Shown: positions 1 through 9,453, counted from the stretch's first letter. The stretch is 64,000 bases of DNA from an uncultured delta proteobacterium (GCA_963755125.1 CAVWIP010000016.1:32001-96000); one strand, 5' to 3'. Translations and numbers: made by a program. Notes: a model not told the origin generated them from the sequence alone.

Positions 1-808
1 TACAGCCGTAGATGATGGTGGGGTCGGTCTGCAGCAGCTTGGGCCGGTAGCTCGGCTTGGAAAGACGGTTGATGAACACCTGGGCGATGCGCGGCCGTTC
101 CTCGGGCTGCCCGGTTTCCTTTTCCACAATTGACGCCAGGGTCACGATGCGCGCGTCGTCGAAACCCAGCTTGTTCTTCAGCATGGCCATCCCGCTCGGA
201 TTGGCCACGCGCAGTTCCGCGAAGACCTGGCGGTGCCGCCTGACCAGCGCCACCAGGGCGCGCGCCGCCGGCATGTGCGGCCGCAGGTGGTAGGTGTCGG
301 GGAAGAGGTAGCCTTCCAGCGTGGGGCTGGGCAGTTCCAGGCTGCGCGCGAAAGCCGGATCCATGGCCTGGGCCAGCAGTTCAGCCTTGGGCGCGATGCC
401 GGCTGCGTCCAGGATGTCGATGACCTCGAGCACGTTCTTGCCCTCGGGCACGGTGACCGCCACCAGCTCGTCGGCCGCGCCGCGGATCATCAGCTCGACC
501 AGCTTGCGCGGCGTGACCGGCGCCTCGATGCGATAGTGGCCGGCCTTGAAGCGCGCGGCGACCCCGCGCTGGCCGGCGTACAGACGGAAGTAGCTCGGGT
601 TGTCCAGCAGCCCCGCAGCAGCCAGCAAGTCGGAAACCTGGCGCGCACCCGCGCCCTTGGGGATCTCCACCTCCACCGTCCCACGCGCGGAGCCAGTGGC
701 CGTGTCCGGGTAGCGCACGATCTTGCCGGCCACCGCCAGCAAGACCCCGCCGCCCAGCGCGGTGGTGAGCAGGAAAACCAGAAGGGCCCGCCGCATCGGC
801 TTTGTCAT
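1..808 (-). CDS. mltG: Endolytic transglycosylase MltG (3' end runs off the window)
   Basis: Not in the ORF track. Manual reverse translation gives IVTLASIVEKETGQPEERPRIAQVFINRL...LLQTDPTIIYG, the YceG/MltG signature. ATG at 808 overlaps the ruvX stop (ATGA). Confidence 0.92.
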   Translation of the reverse strand, partial: MTKPMRRALLVFLLTTALGGGVLLAVAGKIVRYPDTATGSARGTVEVEIPKGAGARQVSDLLAAAGLLDNPSYFRLYAGQRGVAARFKAGHYRIEAPVTPRKLVELMIRGAADELVAVTVPEGKNVLEVIDILDAAGIAPKAELLAQAMDPAFARSLELPSPTLEGYLFPDTYHLRPHMPAARALVALVRRHRQVFAELRVANPSGMAMLKNKLGFDDARIVTLASIVEKETGQPEERPRIAQVFINRLSKPSYRPKLLQTDPTIIYGC

Positions 809-1233
809 CGCGCCATCTCCTCTCGGTGTGAATCCAGCCAGCGCTGCAAGATCACCGCGGCGGCCAGCTTGTCCACCACCTGCTTGCGCCGCGCCCGCGA
901 AACATCCGCGGCCAACAGCGGCACCTCGGCCTCCACCGTGCTGAAACTCTCGTCGATGAGGTCGACCGGCACGGCCAGCGCCGCGTGCAGCTTCTCGGCA
1001 AAGGCGCGCGCCCGCAGCGCGGCTGGTCCTTCCTGGCCCTCGGGATCAAGGGGCAGGCCCACCACGATGTGCCCCGCGCCCGCGGCTTGCACCGCGGCGG
1101 CGATGGCCGCGATGTCGCGGCTGCCACCGTGGCGGGCGATAGTGGCGTGCGGCTGGGCCGTCAGCCCCAGGCCGTCGGACAGAGCCACGCCGATGCGACG
1201 CGACCCGAGGTCGATGCCGATGACCCTTTTCAT
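805..1233 (-). CDS. ruvX: Holliday junction resolvase-like / pre-16S rRNA nuclease YqgF (RuvX)
   Basis: MKRVIGIDLGSRRIGVALSD...VVGLP...DESFST...VDKLAAAVILQRWLD. Confidence 0.93.
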   Translation of the reverse strand: MKRVIGIDLGSRRIGVALSDGLGLTAQPHATIARHGGSRDIAAIAAAVQAAGAGHIVVGLPLDPEGQEGPAALRARAFAEKLHAALAVPVDLIDESFSTVEAEVPLLAADVSRARRKQVVDKLAAAVILQRWLDSHREEMAR

Positions 1234-1293
1234 TGCAGGCGCGCAGTCTACATCGTCTTTCGCGAATCTTGGCGTCGCGGTACAACTGCACCC

Positions 1294-1596
1294 ATGTCCG
1301 ACCAAAGCAAACCGCCTGTACAGGGCCAGCAGATTCAGATCGACATCGATGAGGGGACCGCCCAGGGTACCTACACCAATCTCGTCTTCATCAATCACAC
1401 CGACGCCGAGTTCGTCATGGACTTCGTGTTCGTCCAGCCGGGTGTGCCGCGCGCGCGGGTGCGCTCGCGCATCATCTCATCGCCTCGCCACGCCAAGCGG
1501 ATGCTGCGCGCGCTGGAAGCCAACATTGCCCGCTACGAGCAGGTCTTCGGCAAGATCGAAGAGGAGCAGCACAGCGAGCCCAGCCTGATCAGTTGA
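1294..1596 (+). CDS. DUF3467-like small protein
   Basis: QIQIDIDEGTAQGTYTNLVFINHTDAEFVMDF...RIISSPRHAKRMLRALEANIARYEQVFGKI. Confidence 0.82.
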   Translation: MSDQSKPPVQGQQIQIDIDEGTAQGTYTNLVFINHTDAEFVMDFVFVQPGVPRARVRSRIISSPRHAKRMLRALEANIARYEQVFGKIEEEQHSEPSLIS

Positions 1597-1605
1597 GATG
1601 GAAAG

Positions 1606-2517
1606 CTAGATGACCGCGCCTTCCAGCGCTGCCAGCGTGCCCGCGTCGGCGTCCAGCTCGACGCGCGTTCCGTAGGGCAAGGCGCGGTTGCGTCGGCCAT
1701 GGCCGATGGGCGCGCCCAGCACCACGGGGATGCGCAGGCGGCCCAGCCGCTCGCGCAACACCTGGCTGGCCGTGACAGACGCCAGCTTGCATGAGGCGGG
1801 CTCGTCGCAGTCGATGAAATCGCCGGTGAGCAGCCCGGCCGCTGATTGCAAGACCCCAGCCAGATCCAACTGGGTCAGCAGGCGATCGAGTCGGTAGGGG
1901 CGCTCGCCCACGTCCTCGAAGAACAGGATCGCGCCCCGCAGGTCAGGCAGATAGGGCGTCCCCAGCAGGCGCGAGAAGACCTCCAGGTTGCCTCCCAGAA
2001 GGGGCCCTTGCGCGTGACCCTTGACCAGCGCTTCCAGGCCCGAGCACAACAAGCGCGCGTCCGGTTGTTCCAGCGCCGCGAAAAGCGCGTCGTGATCCTC
2101 CGGGGCCAGGCGCCCAAGCTGCGCGATCACTGGCCCGTGGATCGAGGCCAGGCCCGCCCGTGCCGCCTGCGCCAGCAGCAAAGTTCCGTCGGAGAATCCC
2201 ACGATGGGCTTGGCCGCAGTCCGCAGCAGTTCGGGCTCGACGCCAGCGAGTATGCGCAGAAGCCCGTAGCCACCACGGCCCATGATGATGGCGCGTGCGT
2301 CGGGATCGCGCAGCGCCGCCAGCAGTTCGGCCAGGCGAATGTGGTCCGGCCCGGCGCAAAAGCCGGTGGCGCGAAACAAGGAAGCCGGATCGTAGCGAAG
2401 CTGGTAGCGGGCCGACAGCACCGCCGCGCCGTGAGCGAAGTCGTCGGGAGGGATAGGCCCCGAGGGCGCCACCACCCGGACCACATCACCAGGCCGCAGA
2501 TGCGGGGGCCGGAGCAC
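1606..2517 (-). CDS. LD-carboxypeptidase (peptidase S66)
   Basis: RGGYG, GFSDGT (catalytic Ser), GGNL, FFEDVGE (Glu), IGHG (His). Confidence 0.92.
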   Translation of the reverse strand: MLRPPHLRPGDVVRVVAPSGPIPPDDFAHGAAVLSARYQLRYDPASLFRATGFCAGPDHIRLAELLAALRDPDARAIIMGRGGYGLLRILAGVEPELLRTAAKPIVGFSDGTLLLAQAARAGLASIHGPVIAQLGRLAPEDHDALFAALEQPDARLLCSGLEALVKGHAQGPLLGGNLEVFSRLLGTPYLPDLRGAILFFEDVGERPYRLDRLLTQLDLAGVLQSAAGLLTGDFIDCDEPASCKLASVTASQVLRERLGRLRIPVVLGAPIGHGRRNRALPYGTRVELDADAGTLAALEGAVI

Positions 2518-2527
2518 GGGAAATTAC

Positions 2528-3244
2528 CTAGCGGCGCCGCTTGGTGCGACGCCGTCCACCGGAGCCTTGTACCGGTCGCGCGGGTGGCAGATCGCCCGCG
2601 ATGGGCGCCGCCACCTCCCCGGACCCGGACGACTCGTCCGATGCCTGGACGGCGTCGGAAGCTGCTTCGGGACCACTGGCGGCTGCCTCTTGTGGCGCGC
2701 CGTTGGCACCGGAGCCGCCAGCCGTGGAAACCGACTCGGGAACAGTAGCGCTCTCTGTCGCTCCCGCAGGTGCTGCAGCCTCGGCCGGGGCTGCCTCCGC
2801 CGCAACCGGCTGCTCCGCGACAGACGGCGCGGCCTGCTCCACAGATGAAACCGGCGGAGAAACCGATTCCGCGGGAGCCGCAGCCGGGCTTGCAGGCACC
2901 ACTTCGACAGCCGCGGCCGGCGGTGCGACGGCAGCAGGCGCCTGCGTGGCTGCCGCGGCGCTGGCGGGCTTGGCCGCGGGCGGCGGCGGGATCCACATGG
3001 ACGCACCGGCTTCGTCTGACCGGGCCGGCCGCACCTGCATTCCGCTGCCTGTTCCGTCGGCAGATTCCACCACGCGCAAGACCCGCACGGTAACCAGCTC
3101 GTCTGGCGAACGCAGGCCCAGCAGCGTGCCCACCGGAAGCGGATCCTTCATGACGACGAAGAACTCGCCTCCTTCGCTCTCACGAACTTCCTCGCTGCGA
3201 GCTATCACAACGCCTGCGTAGCAGATATCAAGCGGCGCTTGCAT
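2528..3244 (-). CDS. Hypothetical protein: PilZ-like N-terminal domain, Ala/Pro/Glu-rich tail and basic C-terminus
   Basis: FFVVMKDPLPVGTLLGL...VRVLRV...GMQVR followed by a low-complexity region. Confidence 0.6.
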   Translation of the reverse strand: MQAPLDICYAGVVIARSEEVRESEGGEFFVVMKDPLPVGTLLGLRSPDELVTVRVLRVVESADGTGSGMQVRPARSDEAGASMWIPPPPAAKPASAAAATQAPAAVAPPAAAVEVVPASPAAAPAESVSPPVSSVEQAAPSVAEQPVAAEAAPAEAAAPAGATESATVPESVSTAGGSGANGAPQEAAASGPEAASDAVQASDESSGSGEVAAPIAGDLPPARPVQGSGGRRRTKRRR

Positions 3245-3295
3245 GGCGGCGTCAGTCTACAGGGGTGGGCGGCATGCGAGCAAGCGCCGTTCGCT

Positions 3296-4003
3296 CTACT
3301 TGCCTTTCTTGCCGGCTGCCGGGGCGCCACCCATCATCTGCGCCGGATCGAATGGCTTGGCCGGCCCGGTGATGCTGGGCTTGGCGCCGCTGCCGGTGGC
3401 GACCAGTTCCAGGGTGGCAGGCGGGACGGGCGGGTGGCTGGCCTTGCCGGTGCTCGGCTCGGGCGTGGTCACGAACTTGACCAGGCCGAGCGGCGGAACC
3501 TCTTCGCTGACCCACACATCGACGGTACCCACCGACGTGTGATCCCGGTAGTGGGTGGTCTTGAATGATCCGGCCGTCACCTTGATGGTTTCCTTGCCCA
3601 CCAGGGTCTTGGGGTCGGGTTTCTGGAACTTCTGCGTGGGCGCATCCGGCGGCGCCTGCATCGGGTCGCCGTCGCCGATCTGCATGACGATCTCCTTGAC
3701 CGGCTTGGCCGCGCCGATGGGATCGGGATCGAGAACCATCTTCAGGGTGATCTTGCCCCCCATCCGGGCGGCTGGCCCGCCCTGCATCGCCATCTCCACC
3801 ATGGTCGAACTGGCGTCACGAGCCACCAGCGCCCAGCGCGACTTCATCTTGACGTCCCCAAAACTCATACCGTAGTCCGCCCAGCTTCCGACCGCGGCCT
3901 TCTTCAGATCGACAACCAGGGGCAGGGACTGCGGTGCCCCGGCGGATTGGGCCACCGCAACCGCGGGCAGCAGGACCAGGGCAAGGGCGATGATGCGTTT
4001 CAT
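3296..4003 (-). CDS. Secreted hypothetical protein (beta-rich, DUF3108-like)
   Basis: Signal peptide MKRIIALALVLLPAVAVA; GKETIKVTAGSF...VWVSEEVPPLGLVK motif; GGAG RBS. Confidence 0.7.
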   Translation of the reverse strand: MKRIIALALVLLPAVAVAQSAGAPQSLPLVVDLKKAAVGSWADYGMSFGDVKMKSRWALVARDASSTMVEMAMQGGPAARMGGKITLKMVLDPDPIGAAKPVKEIVMQIGDGDPMQAPPDAPTQKFQKPDPKTLVGKETIKVTAGSFKTTHYRDHTSVGTVDVWVSEEVPPLGLVKFVTTPEPSTGKASHPPVPPATLELVATGSGAKPSITGPAKPFDPAQMMGGAPAAGKKGK

Positions 4004-4191
4004 GGAATCTCCTTCTGTGGGTGCCTCTCCCATGGCCTGCGACGCACGCAGGACCGCTGGGACAACCTCTTAGCCTTGTCTAGCGCGATTGCAGGATCAA
4101 GGCGACAAGGAAAGGCGCTCCCCACACTTCCGCTTGCGCTTTCCCGTTTCACGTCGATGATCGGGTGAAATCCGTGAAAAGGAGTGATCTC

Positions 4192-4896
4192 ATGCGCAAC
4201 ATCCTCACCGCCGTTTTGGCGCTCAGCCTTGCGGGCTGCGCGCCGTCGATCAACCCCCAGATGAAGGCCGCCACCGACAGCCTGGCGGGCTCGTTCCAGG
4301 CACAAGGCCGCAACCAGGCGGCACCAGCGGTGTACGACCCCACGCCATGGGCCGTCGGGCAGTGGATCGTCCAGCGCACGGTGGACGACAAGGGCAACGT
4401 TGCCATCCAGCGAATCAGTGTCGTGGCTGCGGAGGGCGATGGCATGTGGTTGGAATTCGACCGGCAGGACTACTTCCACCACAACATCACCAAGATCCTC
4501 TACAGTCACATGCCGCGCACGGTTGACGAGGCCGCTGACGTCCTTTTGAAGGTGATCACCAAGACCGACGACAAGCCAGCCCAGACCATCGACTTCGCGA
4601 CCATGCCTCTGGCCGCCCTGATGAAGAATCAGTTCAAGGCAGTGGCTCAGAACGCCGTGGTCTCGGCCGACGTGACCCAGGCGCCCAAGGAAACCGTGAC
4701 CGTTCCCGCAGGCACCTTCCAGGCCTGCGCCAAGTTCGCGGTCCAGGTCTCGGTCATGGGCGTGACCCAGAAATCGACGTCGTGGTTCCACCCGGCGGTC
4801 CCCATCAACGGGTCCGTGAAGGGCGTCTCCGACGACGGCAAGTGGTCGGTCGAGTTGCTTGACTACGGCACCAGCGGGGCCACCAGCAAGCTCTAG
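4192..4896 (+). CDS. Lipoprotein (beta-rich, DUF3108-like)
   Basis: Lipobox LAGC; KETVTVPAGTF...SWFHPAVPINGSVK; AAGGAG RBS. Confidence 0.72.
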   Translation: MRNILTAVLALSLAGCAPSINPQMKAATDSLAGSFQAQGRNQAAPAVYDPTPWAVGQWIVQRTVDDKGNVAIQRISVVAAEGDGMWLEFDRQDYFHHNITKILYSHMPRTVDEAADVLLKVITKTDDKPAQTIDFATMPLAALMKNQFKAVAQNAVVSADVTQAPKETVTVPAGTFQACAKFAVQVSVMGVTQKSTSWFHPAVPINGSVKGVSDDGKWSVELLDYGTSGATSKL

Positions 4897-4898
4897 CA

Positions 4899-5648
4899 CT
4901 ACGACATCTGGCTGCCGCCACACACCGGTAGATAAGTGCCGGTGATGAAGCGCGACCAGTCGGCGCAATAGAAAAGCACGGCGCCCGCCACGTCCTCGGC
5001 CTGGCCAAAACGCCGCAGTGGTGTGTGCGCGGCGACCCGCTCGCGCATCTCCTTGGACATGAATGCGATGGCGTCGGTATCGGTGGCGCCGGGCGCGACC
5101 ACGTTCACGCGGATGCCACGCGGACCCAGTTCCAGGGCCAGCGACTTGGAAAATCCGTCGAGCGCGGACTTGGCCGTGGAATGGGCGACGAACCCAGGGC
5201 CCGGCACGCGCGACAGGCCGCTGCTGATGGTCACGATGCAGCCCGCCCCGCGCTGGACCATGCCCGGCACCACCGCCTGGCAGGGGTGGTAGAGTGCCTT
5301 CATCTCGCCCAGCACCTTCTTCTCGAAGTCCTCCCACTTGTACTGTACGAAGGGCGTGACCGGGAAGTGGATGCTGGCGTTGATGACCAGAATGTCCACC
5401 GGGCCCAGCGCGGCCTCGGTCTTCTCCAACATGGCCTCCACATCCTCGCGTTCGGTCACATCGGCGTGCGCCAGGATGGCCTTGCCGCCGGCGCGCACGA
5501 TCTCCTCCACGACCTTCTCACCCTTTTCGCGGCTCTGCGCATAGTTGACCGCGACCTTGGCGCCGTGGGCGGCCAACAGCTTAGCCGTAGCTGCGCCGAT
5601 GCCTCGACTGGAACCGGTGACGATGGCGACCTTGTCTCGCAGAATCAT
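4899..5648 (-). CDS. SDR family oxidoreductase (FabG-like)
   Basis: TGSSRGIG nucleotide-binding motif; HSTAK in place of YxxxK; IRVNVVAPG; FITG. Confidence 0.88.
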   Translation of the reverse strand: MILRDKVAIVTGSSRGIGAATAKLLAAHGAKVAVNYAQSREKGEKVVEEIVRAGGKAILAHADVTEREDVEAMLEKTEAALGPVDILVINASIHFPVTPFVQYKWEDFEKKVLGEMKALYHPCQAVVPGMVQRGAGCIVTISSGLSRVPGPGFVAHSTAKSALDGFSKSLALELGPRGIRVNVVAPGATDTDAIAFMSKEMRERVAAHTPLRRFGQAEDVAGAVLFYCADWSRFITGTYLPVCGGSQMS

Positions 5649-5785
5649 GGGCACGCTCCTGGGGAAAAGGGAAACGGTTGCTGCGCGTCGGAGCGTAGCA
5701 CGACCGCGGCCTTCCGGCGGGGGCGCGTGGGCTGTCCCAGCCCAAAGCTTGCACGGCATGAAGTCTTGGTGGTAACACCGCAGGC

Positions 5786-6184
5786 ATGCACCCGAGACAC
5801 GCGGTCTTTCTCCTGGGGGTCGTCGCGGCGCTGGGCTGTGGCACGTCCGGGCCACCGGCGCTGGGTGGCTCGGGACCGCCGGTTCGCGGCTCGCTGGACA
5901 AGAAGGTCATCAAGGAAGTCATCCAGGAACACCACCGCGAGGTGCGGGCTTGCTACGAAGTGGAACTGGTAAAGCAACCCGACCTCGCCGGCCGCGTGCT
6001 CAGCCAGTTCACGATTTCCGGCACAGGCAACGTCGTCGCGTTTGTCGTGCGTGACTCGACCGTGGGCAACCCCGCAATCGAGGACTGTCTGCGCAGGCAC
6101 CTTTTGACCTGGAAATTCCCCAAGCCTCGCGGCGGAGGCAACGTCGACGTCGTCTACGCGTTCAACTTCTTTCCCAGTCCGTAG
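5786..6184 (+). CDS. Small lipoprotein with AgmX/PglI-type TonB C-terminal domain
   Basis: Lipobox ALGC; GSLDKKVIKEVI...VRACYE...PDLAGRV...WKFPKPRGGGNVDVVYAFNF. Confidence 0.8.
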   Translation: MHPRHAVFLLGVVAALGCGTSGPPALGGSGPPVRGSLDKKVIKEVIQEHHREVRACYEVELVKQPDLAGRVLSQFTISGTGNVVAFVVRDSTVGNPAIEDCLRRHLLTWKFPKPRGGGNVDVVYAFNFFPSP

Positions 6185-6270
6185 CCCGCGCGCCATCGCG
6201 CGACACGCGCCTGAAGCGTGCTAGATACCAGGTCGCAGTTGGACTTCCAAGTGGCCCCAAGGAGACACCC

Positions 6271-7191
6271 ATGGCACTTCCCCGCATGGCTTTCTTTCAC
6301 GATCGCGTCCTGCCCTACGCCGAGGCGAAGCTGGGTCTTTTGACCCACGCCCTCAACTACGGCACCGGGGTGTTCGCCGGCATTCGCGGCTACTTCAACC
6401 AGGACGAGGGCAAGCTCTTCGTGTTTCGCTTGGCCGACCACGTGCGGCGCCTGCACGATTCGGCCCGCCTGCTGCGCATGAGCCTGGCTCTCTCGGAAGA
6501 AGCGACGGCGACGGCCCTGCTGGACCTGCTGCGCGCCGAGGGGTTGCGCCAGGATTGCTACATCCGTGCACTGGCCTTCTATTCAGACGAGGTGATCGGC
6601 GTCCGTCTGCACGGACTCAAACCGGTCCTCGCCGCAGTGGCCGTGCCCTTCGGCCTGTACATCGACAAGGCCGAGGGTGCGCACTGCACGGTCTCGTCGT
6701 GGCGCCGGCCCGACGACAACGTCATGCCCCCGCGCGGGAAGATCACGGGCAGCTACGTCAACAGCGCCCTGGCCAAGAGCGACGCCGAGCTGGCCGGGTT
6801 CGACGAGGCCATCCTGCTTAACCGCGACGGACGCGTGAGCGAAGGCTCGGGCGAGAACATCTTCCTCATCCGCCGCGGGATCGCGGTCACGCCTTCGCTC
6901 GATCAAAGCGTGCTGGAAGGCATCATCCGCCGGTCGCTCATCACCCTGCTGCGCGACGAGCTGGGAATGATCGTCGAGGAACGTCCAGTCGAGCGCGGCG
7001 AGCTCTTCCTGGCCGACGAGATCTTCCTGACCGGCACAGCCGCGCAGATCACCGCGGTCACGCGCATCGACCACCGGCCCATCGGCACCGGCCAGATGGG
7101 CAGCGTCACCACACGCCTACGCTCGCTGTTTTTCGACGTCGTGCGCGGCCGCGCGCCCAAGTATCGGACATGGTGTACGCCGGTGGCGTGA
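6271..7191 (+). CDS. ilvE: Branched-chain amino acid aminotransferase (class IV)
   Basis: HALNYGTGVF, GKITGSYVNS (PLP Lys), EGSGENIF, LEGIIR, EIFLTGTAAQI. Confidence 0.9.
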   Translation: MALPRMAFFHDRVLPYAEAKLGLLTHALNYGTGVFAGIRGYFNQDEGKLFVFRLADHVRRLHDSARLLRMSLALSEEATATALLDLLRAEGLRQDCYIRALAFYSDEVIGVRLHGLKPVLAAVAVPFGLYIDKAEGAHCTVSSWRRPDDNVMPPRGKITGSYVNSALAKSDAELAGFDEAILLNRDGRVSEGSGENIFLIRRGIAVTPSLDQSVLEGIIRRSLITLLRDELGMIVEERPVERGELFLADEIFLTGTAAQITAVTRIDHRPIGTGQMGSVTTRLRSLFFDVVRGRAPKYRTWCTPVA

Positions 7192-7224
7192 GCCAGCAGG
7201 TGCGCCAGGGCTTGTGACCGGACC

Positions 7225-8178
7225 TTATCGTCGCGCCCAGTGGCCGGGGCGCCACTGCCACTGCGAGCCGACCGGCTGCCAGGACGGCGGCACCCACACC
7301 CAGCCGGCGCGCGGGGCTTCCCAGCGGCCCGGCGCCCAAATGTACTGGTGTCCGTTCCAGATCCAGTCACCCGGAACCCAGATGTACCCGTTCCCGGGCT
7401 GGCGGGACATCCTCTCGACCCGGCGAGGCGGGGGCGGCCCGATGGTGATGGTGACTGGCGCCGGCGCGGCCGGCTCGGCGTAGACGGGCGCCGGCGGCGG
7501 CGGCGCGGCGGCTGGCGCCCAGTGTCCCGGGTAGAGAACCCACTCGCCGTTTTCCATCACCCAGCGCGGCTCGACCCAGACCCGGCCCGGCCCAGGCGGC
7601 AGCATCCAGCGGCCCTCTATCCAAACGTGCCGGCCATCCTGCCAGCCCCAGTAGCCACGAACCCAAACGTGTCGCGGCGACGGCGGCTCGGTCCGCATCT
7701 CAGCCCTGGGTGGCGGGGGAGCCATGCGCGCCCGGAACACTGCCGCTGCCGCGTTTTCATTGAACTGCTGGTGTTCGCGCGCTTCCCGTTCACGCACTTC
7801 TCGGTCACGTTCGGCCGCAGCGGCGTGGTCCCGAGCTTCGCGCTGGCGCTCAAGATCCATGCGCTCGCGGTCCTGGACTGCGCGTTCCTGATCGCGCACC
7901 TCGCGTCCGCGCTCGCGATCCTGCCGTTCACGCTCCAGACGCTCACGGTCGGCGCGCTCGCGATCCATGCGCTCGCGATCCTGCTTTTCGCGGTCCAGAC
8001 GCTCGCGGTTCTGGCGCTCGTGATCTTGGCGCTCGCGCTCCTGGCGTTGCTTGTCATCCTTCAGGCGCTTCTCGGCCTGCTCGCGCTCGCGCCGCCGAGT
8101 CTCCTCGTCGTCCGCCCGCGCGGGCAGCACTGTTGCAAGGCCGAAAAGGATAGCCGTCGCTGCGACCCAGTTTCTCAT
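7225..8178 (-). CDS. Secreted YXWGXW-repeat protein with a long charged helical segment
   Basis: Signal peptide; about 110 aa of E/R/D/Q-rich sequence; HVWVRGYWGW, YIWVPGDWIW, YIWAPGRW and WRPGHW repeats. Confidence 0.8.
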   Translation of the reverse strand: MRNWVAATAILFGLATVLPARADDEETRRREREQAEKRLKDDKQRQERERQDHERQNRERLDREKQDRERMDRERADRERLERERQDRERGREVRDQERAVQDRERMDLERQREARDHAAAAERDREVREREAREHQQFNENAAAAVFRARMAPPPPRAEMRTEPPSPRHVWVRGYWGWQDGRHVWIEGRWMLPPGPGRVWVEPRWVMENGEWVLYPGHWAPAAAPPPPAPVYAEPAAPAPVTITIGPPPPRRVERMSRQPGNGYIWVPGDWIWNGHQYIWAPGRWEAPRAGWVWVPPSWQPVGSQWQWRPGHWARR

Positions 8179-8446
8179 GACATTCTCCTTGGGTGCGTAC
8201 TCTATGGACGAGCGTGGCCCTGATTCAATTCGATTTTTTCAGCATCGGCTGCCGCCCTCGGCGCTGCGCATCAGACAGCGCGCCCTGAGTCGGCGGCCCA
8301 TGGCGAGGTCGTTTGGGTGGACTGACTTTTGTGTCAGCACGCCCATCGCAATTGGAATCTATCTTCTCGCTCGCGGCATCTATCAATTGTTGGAGTTCGT
8401 TGTTTGTGTGCGTTCGGGCGGCTTTTGAACCGTGGAGGGTAGAATC

Positions 8447-8695
8447 ATGAAGCTGCGGCTTGTTAAGAACATGTCCGAGGAAAATCTGCTCGGGATGGTC
8501 GGACTGCAACGCAAGCACCCGCTGCGAACCTGGCTCAAAGGCAGCGGCCTTGTGGGACTGGGTCTGGCGGTGGGCGCAACCATTGCGCTGCTGCTGACGC
8601 CCAAGTCAGGCCCCGAGATCCGCGACTCGATGCTGGGCGGCTTGCGTGCCATGCACAAGCGCGCCGTGCGAGCCGGCGCAGATCTCACCCACTGA
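8447..8695 (+). CDS. Small membrane protein, YtxH-like
   Basis: GLGLAVGATIALLLTPKSGPEIRD motif; GGAGG RBS. Confidence 0.65.
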   Translation: MKLRLVKNMSEENLLGMVGLQRKHPLRTWLKGSGLVGLGLAVGATIALLLTPKSGPEIRDSMLGGLRAMHKRAVRAGADLTH

Positions 8696-8734
8696 AGTTT
8701 GAGGCAGCGGCGCATTCACAAAGAACCCTGGCTA

Positions 8735-9080
8735 CCGCCGGGGCAGTCGAGCACGGTGTGCAGGTTGCAGGTTTCGAGAAGCAGCTTGCGCAGGCTGACC
8801 GAGGCGTTGTCGGTGTTGGACAGGAAGGTGTTCTTGATGACCACTCCGCCGCGTCCGCCGGCCTTGAGCATCCTGATGAAGTGCTGCAGGAACAAAAACG
8901 CGGTCTCGCCGGTATACTTTTGCCCGCCAGCGCGGCCTCATCGGCCTGGTCCTGCTCCAGCCCGTCGAGGTATTTCAGGAACAGCAGCCAGGAGGTCTGC
9001 TCGGTGTAGTCGAGTTCGGTGGTGCAGCCCGCCTCTTTCCAGAGAACGTCGTCGATGTTCTTGAAGGCTTGTTCAAACAC
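8735..9080 (-). pseudogene. hsdM: Type I restriction-modification methyltransferase (HsdM) relic, internally deleted and frameshifted
   Basis: N-terminal VFEQAFKNIDDVLWKEAGCTTELDYTEQTSWLLFLKYL is joined at about 8912 to a central segment GETAFLFLQHFIRMLKAGGRGGVVIKNTFLSNTDNASVSLRKLLLETCNLHTVLDCPGG in another frame. Confidence 0.85.
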
Positions 9081-9143
9081 AGGCACCTCGTCGGGGCCAA
9101 TGTATCACCGAAACGGCGACGGACGAAGGCCGGATGGCCCGGT

Positions 9144-9449
9144 CTACAGTACGCAGCCGGCGACGGTGCCTGTGTCTATCGTCTGCGTCGTGCAGCCTGA
9201 CAGGCCGACGGAATGGCAGTCGAACGTGGCAGGGAGCTGCGATGTGGATAGGTCGCACGGGGTATCGCCCACACAGTCGAAGAGCCCGGCAGAGTTGGTA
9301 CGGCAGGTGCGTTCCTCAAGGCCACAGTCGTGGGAGACCAGGACGTTGCCATCATTCTCGCAGCTCACCAGCAGGTCGCCATTGCAGCTCGCAGGCGTGC
9401 TCGCCGGATCGCAAGAGGCTATGCCTGCGAGCCGCGCCGCTGACGTCAT
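9144..9449 (-). pseudogene. Cys-rich fragment of an extracellular protein
   Basis: About 100 aa with 10 Cys (CDPASTPASCNGDLLVSC...DCGLEERTC...); no signal peptide; starts right after the hydrolase stop. Confidence 0.4.
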
Positions 9450-9453
9450 TCGG

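Noticed and set aside
233..1588. 451-aa plus-strand ORF
   Set aside because: Antisense shadow of mltG and ruvX, typical of high-GC DNA.
7240..8223. 327-aa ORF with hydrophobic LALALL repeats
   Set aside because: Antisense reading of the E/R-rich repeats of the minus-strand gene, which has the RBS, signal peptide and recognisable repeats.
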